From: a virus
Lineage: Duplodnaviria > Caudoviricetes
Virus record (IMG/VR): IMGVR_UViG_3300014205_000022
Span: 2,193-66,192 of that record
Length of the DNA: 64,000 nucleotides
Reading direction: 5' to 3' (one strand)
This document shows positions 55,751 through 63,685 of this stretch, one piece after another. Position 1 is the first letter of the stretch. The number at the start of each line of letters is the position of its first letter. Both the position numbers and the translations under genes were made by a program. The notes under the pieces were generated by a model. That model did no database searches. It was given only the letters and a program-made list of their open reading frames with translations, and was not told the origin of the DNA.

Positions 55751-57004
55751 TTATCCGCGGAAATTCAGAACCTTATGCTTCTCATCCTCTCGCCATCCTT
55801 GGAAGAACGCGTCCGAAACATCGTTCATCGTGAACCGCATCTCCTCAGGCCCAGTATGCATCATCTCATACGCATCGATCAGGAACCGCGTGGACAGGGC
55901 GCGCTCAAGCCCGTGCTCGTTGATGGCCTTGCGCCACTTGAGCAGCGTGGACCTCAGTGATGCGTCTGGACACAGCTCACTCTCAACACGCTCGTCGTAG
56001 TCCATGCAGATCTTGCCCACAGCGAAGCGATCAAGCGTCGCCATGTCCAACTTGTTACGGCCACTATAGGTGCGGCTGGCACCCGTGCCGACGGTGTTGG
56101 CTGCAGCGATACAGACGAAGTCCTTGTGCTTGAGCGCATACGGCGCATCCGGTCGGTTGGGCACAGCGAGCTTGCCATTCGACAGGGCGGCGTTGACGAC
56201 AAGCAACACGTTGGCGTCTGCAGCGTCGAGCTCGTCGAAGAGGAACAGGCCACCGTTCTCGTAGCAGTGCGTGAATTCACTCATGATGTACTCGAACTTG
56301 CCGTTGTCACCAGTGGGCATCAGGCGGCCTGTGAGCTGTCCTTCACTCATTCCGCTACTGCACGACACGAACTTGAAATCAAGACCCAGAGCTTCAGCGA
56401 CCTGCGAGCAGATATGCGTCTTACCGCACCCTGTCGGCCCGTAGAGGAACACATTCTTGCGGTGCGCGGCCAGCTTGAGCAATCGCTTGAACTGCGAATG
56501 GTAGAGGCCTTGTGTTGATCGCTTGTTGCCCTCGGCGTCGGTGACGATCACCTCGAACACGCGTGAGGCTTCGATGTCCTTAAGCGCCTCAGCGAGGAGG
56601 GCCTTGTTCTCATCACGCTCTGCGGTCAGTTGCTTAAGCTGCGCCGTTGCAGTCTCAAGCCTGCTCTGCATCTCGACCAGATCCTCAGGCTTCGTGGCCT
56701 TGAGTGCCTGCATCTCAGCCTGCATCCGCTTGATCGTGTCTGTAGCCGAACGGATCGCCGTCTCCATCGCCTCGTCTTTGTCAGGCTTGAAGGAGATGTT
56801 GAAGGCTTTCGTACCGCGCGAATCACCTTCAAGACGACCAGCAGCAACGAGCGTGCGGATGGCAGACTCGATGTGGAAGGGATTCTTAAGACCCGTCTTG
56901 TAATTGTCAAGCACGTGCTGGGCAAGCGTGTCTTGATTCCACACGCGAACTTTGTCTTTGGACAGTGCATCGATGATCGCGTCGACAACCACTGGGCTCG
57001 TCAT
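55751..57004 (-). CDS. MoxR/CbbQ-like AAA+ ATPase with N-terminal helical and coiled-coil extension
   Basis: GPTGCGKT, LFLFDELD, IAAANT and LDRF. Confidence 0.9.
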   Translation of the reverse strand: MTSPVVVDAIIDALSKDKVRVWNQDTLAQHVLDNYKTGLKNPFHIESAIRTLVAAGRLEGDSRGTKAFNISFKPDKDEAMETAIRSATDTIKRMQAEMQALKATKPEDLVEMQSRLETATAQLKQLTAERDENKALLAEALKDIEASRVFEVIVTDAEGNKRSTQGLYHSQFKRLLKLAAHRKNVFLYGPTGCGKTHICSQVAEALGLDFKFVSCSSGMSEGQLTGRLMPTGDNGKFEYIMSEFTHCYENGGLFLFDELDAADANVLLVVNAALSNGKLAVPNRPDAPYALKHKDFVCIAAANTVGTGASRTYSGRNKLDMATLDRFAVGKICMDYDERVESELCPDASLRSTLLKWRKAINEHGLERALSTRFLIDAYEMMHTGPEEMRFTMNDVSDAFFQGWREDEKHKVLNFRG

Positions 57005-57049
57005 TGTCTGTTCCTACTGTTTCGTTTGCGTGTGTCACATCCGACAATA

Positions 57050-57082
57050 CTAGAACCGTGTTATGCCTCCATTGGATCTATG
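57050..57082 (-). promoter_or_regulatory. Bipartite motif copy B: CATAGATCCA-N14-CGGTTCTAG
   Basis: Upstream of the AAA gene, with AAAATTT further upstream. Confidence 0.8.
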
Positions 57083-57120
57083 CTGCTGCCCGAATTTTTC
57101 AAATTTTGTGAAAGTCGTGA

Positions 57121-57294
57121 CCCAGGGCGCTGAGGTGCGCCAGGGCGTGCAGACCCAGGGCGTGGTATAACAATCACGCACAGATGACAAAGTGAGTCTG
57201 AGGTGAACGTAGAAGCGTGTACGTAGGTACAGCGAAACGCCCAATTTTGGTATACAAACGGTTCGACCTAGTATACAGCTGTATACCAATTTGG
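57121..57294. repeat. Three CCAGGGCG direct repeats and a GTATAC palindrome/inverted-repeat cluster in the divergent intergenic region
   Basis: CCAGGGCG at 57122, 57140 and 57155; perfect palindrome GTATACAGCTGTATAC at 57271-57286; flanking CCAA(T)TTTGGTATAC inverted arms. Confidence 0.75.
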
Positions 57295-57506
57295 CGGTCG
57301 ACGCCCCAGAATGATGCCGGCCGAGGATTCTGGGAGTCTGACCGTTCTATCGGACTAGTCGGGTTGGCGCCCAACCGGTGAGGCTGGATGATCCTATTTT
57401 GGACTACGGGCGCCTCCAGACTGGTCGACTGCACGCAGCGGACGGACTGGGCGTCACGCTGTCGGTCGCTGTGATCTTGGAAAATTTCGGGAAAAGCAAG
57501 CCAATT

Positions 57507-57539
57507 CATAGATCCACTCGTGGCCCAGATCGGTTCTAG
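57507..57539 (+). promoter_or_regulatory. Bipartite motif copy A: CATAGATCCA-N14-CGGTTCTAG
   Basis: Upstream of the rightward early operon, with AAAATTT upstream. Confidence 0.8.
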
Positions 57540-57576
57540 CTAGTAATACGGATTCGAACAACGCACACCGGAACAC

Positions 57577-57804
57577 ATGATGATTACAGCAGAATCACGC
57601 GCAGCCATTCGAGCTGCCAACCTCAAGGCTGAAGAAGAGATCACGCAAGAGATGTTGACTATCAATCCGGGCGAATCGAAAATGATTCGTGGCGTGCTGG
57701 TCAACCGCAGGACGGATGTTCCGACCTGCTTCGAGTGTGGTGACTCACTCGGGTCTGCGCGTGGTCTTGCGATGATCGTTCATGTGCGAAGTGAGCGTGC
57801 ATAA
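57577..57804 (+). CDS. Hypothetical early protein
   Basis: First ORF after promoter copy A. Confidence 0.55.
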   Translation: MMITAESRAAIRAANLKAEEEITQEMLTINPGESKMIRGVLVNRRTDVPTCFECGDSLGSARGLAMIVHVRSERA

Positions 57805-58001
57805 TGGCTGTGACACAGAAGCCCAAGATCAGTCGTGGTGATGAGGTGACGCTCGTCACGAACCACAAGGCGGTTGCGACGGTAGTCGTAGCTCAGGTGA
57901 AGGGTGGGCACGCGCAGTTCGTCGACGACGACGGACAGACACGCACGTGCAGTGGTGAATTCATGTATGAAGGCAAGTTGTTCGCGCCCAAGTGGCGCTA
58001 G
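57804..58001 (+). CDS. Small SH3/KOW-like protein
   Basis: ISRGDEVTL...VVVAQV beta-barrel pattern. Confidence 0.55.
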   Translation: MAVTQKPKISRGDEVTLVTNHKAVATVVVAQVKGGHAQFVDDDGQTRTCSGEFMYEGKLFAPKWR

Positions 58002-58026
58002 CAACGCAACACAGTAGGAGCACAGC

Positions 58027-58272
58027 ATGGACTGGTCGTATGATGAGGATGTGTTCATCATTGTAAGCGATGGGATGATGATCGCAGTTCTGAAAGCAGT
58101 GGTCATCCACGTGCTTAAGGACAAGAAGAAGATTCGTTGCATGACGGACGGGCAATGGGTGGAAGTCGACCCGACCCACGTGTTCAAGGTCGCCGATGAC
58201 GCGCGTGAATACGTCGAACAGAACATGCTCGGAGCTATGTTCGGCGCGGATGAGGACGAAGACGAAGAGTAA
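58027..58272 (+). CDS. Small SH3-like protein with acidic tail
   Basis: ATG follows AGGAG. Confidence 0.55.
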   Translation: MDWSYDEDVFIIVSDGMMIAVLKAVVIHVLKDKKKIRCMTDGQWVEVDPTHVFKVADDAREYVEQNMLGAMFGADEDEDEE

Positions 58273-58511
58273 GTGAGGCGAAACTATTCGGACAGGCAAT
58301 GCAGAGTGGCACGCCCTTGTTCTTAGCCGAGGAAACGCCCACGCTAAGATCTGCATCAGCACAGTGACCTGTACGCCGCCGGATAGTCGTCACGGGATTT
58401 GTTACCCGTGGCCTGATGAGCCAGACAGCTCAGATGAAAGAGTGAGTACATTCACCATCAATGATGTGAAAGTTCTCACTGCAACAGTGCAGCACGCACA
58501 GGAGAAGTCAG
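58273..58511 (+). ncRNA. Candidate structured leader/processing RNA (hairpin array)
   Basis: Stems at 58321-58349, 58391-58410, 58417-58432 and 58442-58479. Confidence 0.4.
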
Positions 58512-58901
58512 ATGAGCGAAGAGAACGTCAACATGGAAGCTCCCCCGTCCACCGCGCCCGTCGCCGAGGCCAAGGAAAAGGTCAAGAAGACGAAGTACCC
58601 GGTCCCGAATGACGGCCTCGCCGAATGGCCCGCCGACTTCGACGAGAAGGTCCACCAGCCGCTCAAGGTGGTCGACTTCAAGGATCCGATCGTGTTCCTG
58701 GACCACAAGGCCGCCGGCTACGAAGCCCGCGCCAAGGCGATCCGCGCCGAGATCGAAGAGATCAAGATCGCCGGTCCTGGCGGCGTCAAGAAGGCCAACA
58801 AGCTGCTCAAGGTCACGGCCGAACTCGACGCCCTCAAGGAACTGCTCAAGGCTCAGGGCATGGACGTGGAAGCGCTCCTGGCCCAGCGCGCGAACGCCTA
58901 A
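58512..58901 (+). CDS. Hypothetical early protein, likely highly expressed
   Basis: AGGAG ribosome-binding site; almost exclusively G/C-ending codons; Lys/Ala/Glu-rich coiled coil. Confidence 0.75.
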   Translation: MSEENVNMEAPPSTAPVAEAKEKVKKTKYPVPNDGLAEWPADFDEKVHQPLKVVDFKDPIVFLDHKAAGYEARAKAIRAEIEEIKIAGPGGVKKANKLLKVTAELDALKELLKAQGMDVEALLAQRANA

Positions 58902-59196
58902 GCAGTGATGAGGACATCAAAGAGCCTGATGATTCATCAGGTTCATTGATGCTGCTTATGACTCGAAGGCTGCTCGCCAACTGGCCCTCGTATGATCATG
59001 CGTATGAGGGCCAGCTACGAGCCGTCTTTGAGGTATCCGCCCAGGTGACTAAGCACAGGCTATGCCAGTGCGTCTTTAGCGGAACCCCGCACTGGGTTGG
59101 ACCTCACTGACCGGTTAGTGCTGTTAGCAATGGCCACTAATCGGTCAAAGACTGTCGCTCACCCGATGACAATGATAGTCAACGAGGACAGTAGAC
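58902..59196 (+). ncRNA. Candidate structured trailer/processing RNA (long-hairpin array)
   Basis: Long stems at 58915-58951, 58962-59032 and 59108-59147. Confidence 0.45.
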
Positions 59197-59595
59197 ATGA
59201 CAGAATCACCGACAGCATTTAGGCTTAAGGAGCTCACTGCTCTTAAGGCCGCCATCGAGTCAGAGATCAGCATGACACTGCTGTATCTCTCGAACGAGGG
59301 CCGATGGAAACATGACCTGGAGCGCGAAGAGAAGAAGCTTGCACGCCAAGCTGAACTCGTTGCCCGCCTCCGCGATCGTTATGAAAACGGTCACGAACAC
59401 ATCGCCCGCTGGCAAGCTCGTCGCGCTGAGATCACTCAAGATCTCGCCCTTCTTAGAAACGAGCACCTCATCGACAAGTTGTATCGTCTGCAGCAACAGG
59501 CGAGTGAACTCGGGGCTGATGCTCAAAGCGTCGTCAATGACGAAGCTTTGAGCATCGAACCGCAGTCAGCTGTCGTGGAGACGCAGGATGCATGA
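59197..59595 (+). CDS. Coiled-coil hypothetical protein
   Basis: Heptad-like Leu/Glu/Arg pattern. Confidence 0.6.
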   Translation: MTESPTAFRLKELTALKAAIESEISMTLLYLSNEGRWKHDLEREEKKLARQAELVARLRDRYENGHEHIARWQARRAEITQDLALLRNEHLIDKLYRLQQQASELGADAQSVVNDEALSIEPQSAVVETQDA

Positions 59596-60169
59596 GCCAG
59601 ATCCGAGTGCCTTGGGCGTTAACGCGTCAAGCGACATCAATGATGACGCTTCGCGCGTTACACCTGAGTCACCATGGGAGGTGGCCATCCGTCTTGAGTC
59701 CACATTACGCAACGTGCTGGCACGGACGGTTGGCAAGAACAATGTTGATGAGGCATGGTCTGATGTCGTGCTTGAGCGCATATGCAGGATCGTAGAGCTG
59801 TATGATCCTGCTAAGGGATCACTCGATGGCTATGTCGTGCGTAACATCAGGTGGTATGCGTACAAGGCCTATCACACTGACGCATCTGCTCGCAAGGCAA
59901 AGCGGCTAACTAGCCTGGGTGTCAATGACGAGCTGCGATCACGACCAGTTTCAAACGAGACGAATCTTGAATTGCAGCTTATCCTTGACAAGCTGAATGA
60001 GTGGGATCGATGGTTGCTTAAGACGCATGTGATGCAGGGATTCACCATCGAAGAAATTGCAAAGAAGATGGACGTTAGCCTTAACACGGCTCGCAACCGT
60101 CTTCGCAATGCGCTGCGTGCAGCAAGGCGACTGGTCGAGGGTGACCGCGATGGTGACACTGAACAGTAG
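59588..60169 (+). CDS. ECF-type sigma-70 factor
   Basis: Region 2: VDEAWSDV...YDPAKGSLDGYV. Region 4: LDKLNEWDRWLL...QGFTIEEIAKKMDVSLNTARNRL. Confidence 0.85.
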   Translation: MHEPDPSALGVNASSDINDDASRVTPESPWEVAIRLESTLRNVLARTVGKNNVDEAWSDVVLERICRIVELYDPAKGSLDGYVVRNIRWYAYKAYHTDASARKAKRLTSLGVNDELRSRPVSNETNLELQLILDKLNEWDRWLLKTHVMQGFTIEEIAKKMDVSLNTARNRLRNALRAARRLVEGDRDGDTEQ

Positions 60170-60359
60170 GCTATCAATATACGACCAGGCTGAAGCCACA
60201 GCACTGACGTACCTAACGCAGTTAACAGCAGAGCAACGTGCGACGCTGTCACATGATATCGCTGCGTTAGTAAACTCACAAGACCCGACCACAAAGGCGA
60301 TAGGCGCACTCGCAAGTGTAGCCATCGCCAGGTTGGAACTTTTAATGAGAGGTACATGA
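60150..60359 (+). CDS. Hypothetical protein
   Basis: Coupled ORF; ATG at 60150 is inferred. Confidence 0.5.
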   Translation: MVTLNSRLSIYDQAEATALTYLTQLTAEQRATLSHDIAALVNSQDPTTKAIGALASVAIARLELLMRGT

Positions 60360-61045
60360 TGAAATGGGTTTACGATGAGAATGGAAACCGCGCCAGTGTC
60401 GAGCGGTGGGGCAGTGAGCAGGCCGCCAAAGACTCGATGGCCACGTTGGTGAACTGCTCGGACTGCTCGGACTGCTCGCGCTGCTCGGGTTGCTCGTACT
60501 GCTCGGGTTGCTCGCGCTGCTCGGGTTGCTCGCGCTGCTCGGACTGCTCGGGTTGCTCGTACTGCTCGCGCTGCTTGGGTTGCTCGCGCTGCTCGGACTG
60601 CTCGGGTTGCTCGTACTGCTCGGGTTGCTCGTACTGCTTGGGTTGCTCGTACTGCTTGGATTGCTGGGACTGCTCGGACTGCTCGGACTGCTCGGACTGC
60701 TCGCGACTTAAGTCGTCCGCGCCGGCTCCCGTGGCCGCAGAGCAAATTCCGACCATCGAACGAATTCACTCGCGGGTCTTTGAGGCGGCATCGCAGCCGG
60801 GCGCGCTCAACATGAGCCACTGGCACACGTGCGACACGACGCACTGCCGCGCCGGGTGGGTCGTGCATCTGGCTGGAGAGGCTGGCAAGCTGCTCGAAGG
60901 CAGGACGTCGACGCTGTTTGCAGCAATGCAGATCTACAAGGCGAGCGATCCGGTCAACCGCGTCTCGCCGACGCGATTCTATGAAAGCAACGAAGTCGCC
61001 TTGGAGGATATGAGGCGACTTGCAGAAATCGAGAAAGACGCATGA
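60356..61045 (+). CDS. Cys-x-x repeat protein with conserved C-terminal WH.C.TTHC.AGW domain
   Basis: 28 consecutive Cxx triplets, then LNMSHWHTCDTTHCRAGW. Confidence 0.75.
   Translation: MMKWVYDENGNRASVERWGSEQAAKDSMATLVNCSDCSDCSRCSGCSYCSGCSRCSGCSRCSDCSGCSYCSRCLGCSRCSDCSGCSYCSGCSYCLGCSYCLDCWDCSDCSDCSDCSRLKSSAPAPVAAEQIPTIERIHSRVFEAASQPGALNMSHWHTCDTTHCRAGWVVHLAGEAGKLLEGRTSTLFAAMQIYKASDPVNRVSPTRFYESNEVALEDMRRLAEIEKDA
60455..60706 (+). repeat. 9-bp tandem repeat array (TGCTCGNNN-like x28)
   Basis: Read directly from the sequence; encodes CSD, CSR, CSG, CSY and related triplets. Confidence 0.95.
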
Positions 61046-61152
61046 TGAGTGTACAAGCAGAAATCGGTATGCTTATCGCGCTACTTGTTGGTGCGTTTTG
61101 CATGGGCTGGACGTGCTGTGTTATGTGGTATGGAGGCAATGATGGGATCTAA
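61042..61152 (+). CDS. Small single-TM protein (not in ORF track)
   Basis: MMSVQAEIGMLIALLVGAFCMGWTCCVMWYGGNDGI; start overlaps the upstream TGA. Confidence 0.45.
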   Translation: MMSVQAEIGMLIALLVGAFCMGWTCCVMWYGGNDGI

Positions 61153-61423
61153 CAGATCAGATCCGCCAGACGATTGGACTGTATGGTTCCTCAAAGCTGC
61201 AGGTGTTGCCGCAGTTGTTATCGTGGTCTTAGGCGCGTGGGCCTCTTCACAAGAAGAGGCACGCAAGCGAGCCGAACAAGACATGTGGATCGGTCGTGTT
61301 GTGATCAACAAGATCGGTGAGAAGGGTATCATACAGTATGTTGGCCCACACACGTATACCGTCCGTGATAAGAACGGATGGATCGTTACGTGGCCAGACT
61401 GCGAAGTTCAAGAGGTTAAGTAG
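61139..61423 (+). CDS. Membrane-anchored protein with SH3/KOW-like domain
   Basis: GGAGG ribosome-binding site; transmembrane segment AAGVAAVVIVVLGAW. Confidence 0.55.
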   Translation: MMGSNRSDPPDDWTVWFLKAAGVAAVVIVVLGAWASSQEEARKRAEQDMWIGRVVINKIGEKGIIQYVGPHTYTVRDKNGWIVTWPDCEVQEVK

Positions 61424-61433
61424 AGGTTAAGTA

Positions 61434-61751
61434 ATGCCACGCGAACAGAGACTACGCTCAACACAGGGCGCCATCGCAGATGCGATCTGCGACCTGAAGG
61501 AATTCATAGGTGACCAGCTAATCAAAGCTAAGGCCATCGAGCACCTTAGTGAAGCTGCGAAACTGGTTGCACAGCTTCGCCATCCGATCATCTGCGCAGC
61601 ATGTAGCGACCGCGGGTGGGCGCGTTACCAGCTTGAACCAGACGGCGCGTGGGTTGTTCAGATCTGCAGCTGTGACATTGGCAAACAACTTAAGAAGGCG
61701 AAGGAACACTATGCTATGCGAACCGCGCGCGATGTTTCGCCACTTGTGTAA
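61434..61751 (+). CDS. Hypothetical protein with CxxC..CxC motif
   Basis: ICAACSDRGW...ICSCDIG. Confidence 0.55.
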   Translation: MPREQRLRSTQGAIADAICDLKEFIGDQLIKAKAIEHLSEAAKLVAQLRHPIICAACSDRGWARYQLEPDGAWVVQICSCDIGKQLKKAKEHYAMRTARDVSPLV

Positions 61752-61932
61752 GTGTGGCAATGAATTCTTGGTCGAAGTTGAGGCTAAGACAACTGGCTGG
61801 TTCACTAAGAGGACAGTATGGCCGGTTGGTGTTAATGAACCGTGCCCAAGATGCAAGAGGCTTCATGTGTTCTGGGTTGAGTATAATCCAGACACGGGGC
61901 CGGAACCTGTCAACATCACCCTGATAAACTAG
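61711..61932 (+). CDS. Small zinc-ribbon protein
   Basis: CKCGNEF...PCPRC. Confidence 0.5.
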   Translation: MLCEPRAMFRHLCKCGNEFLVEVEAKTTGWFTKRTVWPVGVNEPCPRCKRLHVFWVEYNPDTGPEPVNITLIN

Positions 61933-61939
61933 GACAATC

Positions 61940-62740
61940 ATGTCAAGGGAAGTAGCTTGCCCGCCGTGGGATGGTAAGTCAGACTGGCGATACGCTCATT
62001 GGAAGCGTGACGGCATCTGGATCACCATGATTAAGTGTGCCGACGGATCAGTTCAATGCTGGTCGCGGACGCCGCGGAACATCACCAGCGGACTTGAATG
62101 GCATGGTACCGTCCAGTCATTCAGATACAACGCGCCCAGGCTGACAGTGATGTACTGCGAGGCGTTCGTTGTTGGTGGAAGCCGCGACGACGTTAAGGGC
62201 GCGATGAAGGCACGTGATCAGCGCTTATCGATCGAATGCTTTGCCATCGACAAGTTCGGCGCTGCAGAGGTTCATCCGCGGTTGGATCTTGAAGAGGTGC
62301 AGCACAAGTCAGTGTTGTGCGGCGTCAACTTCGTTCCGTATGTTCTCAATGACCAGAGTGTGGATATCCTCGCGAATGCGAGGGCATCACACTCGGACAT
62401 CGAGGGCTATGTACTGAAGGACGGCAACCTGCTTAACTGGCGGAAGGTTAAGCCTGAGGAGACATACGACCTGATCATCATCGGCTTTACCGAAGCAGAG
62501 CCGGGTAGCAAGTGGGATGGGTTGATTGGAAGCGTCATCCTTGCTGATTCGACTGGCAAGGAGGTCGCGCGCTCGAGTGGTATGTCAGACGCTGTCAGAG
62601 TTGACATGACGCATCGACGCGATGAGTATGTCAACAAACTTTGTGAGGTCGCCGCCCAGGGTCGTGGTAGCGCTGGTGGCTTGATGCATCCGCGATTCGT
62701 GCGGATGCGAGATGATAAGAGTGAGGTTGACACGCTTTAA
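61940..62740 (+). CDS. Minimal ATP-dependent DNA ligase
   Basis: KRDG (KxDG), EGYVLKD, RKVKPEETYDLIIIG and HPRFVRMRDDK. Confidence 0.88.
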   Translation: MSREVACPPWDGKSDWRYAHWKRDGIWITMIKCADGSVQCWSRTPRNITSGLEWHGTVQSFRYNAPRLTVMYCEAFVVGGSRDDVKGAMKARDQRLSIECFAIDKFGAAEVHPRLDLEEVQHKSVLCGVNFVPYVLNDQSVDILANARASHSDIEGYVLKDGNLLNWRKVKPEETYDLIIIGFTEAEPGSKWDGLIGSVILADSTGKEVARSSGMSDAVRVDMTHRRDEYVNKLCEVAAQGRGSAGGLMHPRFVRMRDDKSEVDTL

Positions 62741-62754
62741 GTAAGGAACAGCAG

Positions 62755-63249
62755 ATGGAATCAGTAGAAGTTATCATTGGAGAAAAACTGGTGCGACTCG
62801 ATTATACTGAGTCTGACTCAGCATATCGCGCAGGTTGTATCTATGCACGCCAGCAGTCTGGTGGGTGGTTGGTTAGTAATAAAGGATTTCATGTTGATGG
62901 AGTAGGCGCAACACTTGAACTTGCTGTTTCTGACATGATAAGTAAGCTTGATATTCCTAACGCAGCGATGGAGATGTTGTACGCTAGTGTGCCTAGCTAT
63001 TATTTCACCACGCTAAAGCAAGTACACCTCAAGTTCCGCTACTTCAAAGAGAGCGGCAAGTATTACGCCAACGGTAAGTGCGTATACACGCTGCCAGGCA
63101 AGCCCAGTGATCCCATCTATCCGCGTGAATTCGGTGAGCTACTTAACTCTGAAGGCAAGCTGCCTGGGCTGCAGAGTGGTACATGGGACGGGCCGTTCAC
63201 AGTGAAGGTGTGCGGCTCATACACCGAGCTGTGTTTGCCGAAGAAGTAA
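62755..63249 (+). CDS. Hypothetical two-domain protein
   Basis: ORF in the operon direction; contains YFKESGKYY. Confidence 0.55.
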   Translation: MESVEVIIGEKLVRLDYTESDSAYRAGCIYARQQSGGWLVSNKGFHVDGVGATLELAVSDMISKLDIPNAAMEMLYASVPSYYFTTLKQVHLKFRYFKESGKYYANGKCVYTLPGKPSDPIYPREFGELLNSEGKLPGLQSGTWDGPFTVKVCGSYTELCLPKK

Positions 63250-63279
63250 TGAGAGATCTTAACGATTAAGGAGAGCAGG

Positions 63280-63513
63280 ATGCTAGTGCTAACACGTAAA
63301 CCCGGTGAAGAGATTGTTATCGGTGACCCATCCATGGGTGGCATTACGGTGCAAGTGATCTCTGTGCAAGGCGGTCGCGTCAAAATCGGCGTGACAGCGC
63401 CTAAGACATCTACGATTGCGAGGGTGAACGGTGCTGGAGAGCCATCACATAGTGACCCGGAACAGTTGCAGCGTTTGCTCGAGATGCGGCGCCACAGCCG
63501 CACAGATGAGTGA
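63280..63513 (+). CDS. csrA: Carbon storage regulator CsrA/RsmA homologue
   Basis: MLVLTRKPGEEIVIG...ITVQVISVQGGRVKIGVTAP...IAR. Confidence 0.88.
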   Translation: MLVLTRKPGEEIVIGDPSMGGITVQVISVQGGRVKIGVTAPKTSTIARVNGAGEPSHSDPEQLQRLLEMRRHSRTDE

Positions 63514-63685
63514 GTGGTGCACGCGCCGACTAACTGGTCGCAAGGTCACTTGGCCGGCTCGATTCATTGAGCTGGTCGGTGGCGAGCCAGTCGGTGAGGT
63601 GGTAGGCGCTATGTCACCGGTCATTGTGATAGCAAGACATAGCAATGGCAAGGTGTATCCTTTATCAGTAGAGAGAGTGGAATGA
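63506..63685 (+). CDS. Hypothetical protein
   Basis: Coupled ORF between csrA and the HTH gene. Confidence 0.45.
   Translation: MSEWCTRRLTGRKVTWPARFIELVGGEPVGEVVGAMSPVIVIARHSNGKVYPLSVERVE

Noticed and set aside
54955-55833. 292-aa + strand ORF and other long antisense ORFs (e.g. 22323-23321, 21175-21921)
   Set aside because: They are antisense to well-supported GC3-rich genes, where open shadow frames are expected, and show no recognisable motifs.
57318-57350. Fourth copy of the bipartite promoter (CCGTTCTAT at 57342; also the half-site at 1064-1073)
   Set aside because: Only one box matches; the partner box is absent at the 14-bp spacing.
58405-58445. Hammerhead ribozyme (CTGATGA ... GAAA)
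   Set aside because: Stem II does not close directly onto GAAA, and I found no stem I/III with an NUH site. The CTGATGG copies at 53.72-53.75 kb also fail the core consensus.
58904-58930. C/D-box sRNA or kink-turn (GTGATGA ... CTGA)
   Set aside because: The boxes are consumed by a longer perfect hairpin, the host appears bacterial, and short matches are expected by chance.
53481-59196. tRNA genes in the intergenic regions
   Set aside because: No cloverleaf with both D-arm and T-arm (GTTCGA) consensus. The GTTCGA hits lie in coding sequence or lack an acceptor stem.
60455-60706. CRISPR array
   Set aside because: The units are 9 bp, contiguous, in-frame coding repeats with no unique spacers, and no cas genes are present.
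59951-60868. Long reverse-strand ORFs (RAVRAT and EQSEQ repeats) and the LLGLL frame
   Set aside because: These are shadows of the 9-bp repeat array, which lacks stops in other frames. The Cys frame has a ribosome-binding site, coupling and a conserved C-terminal domain.
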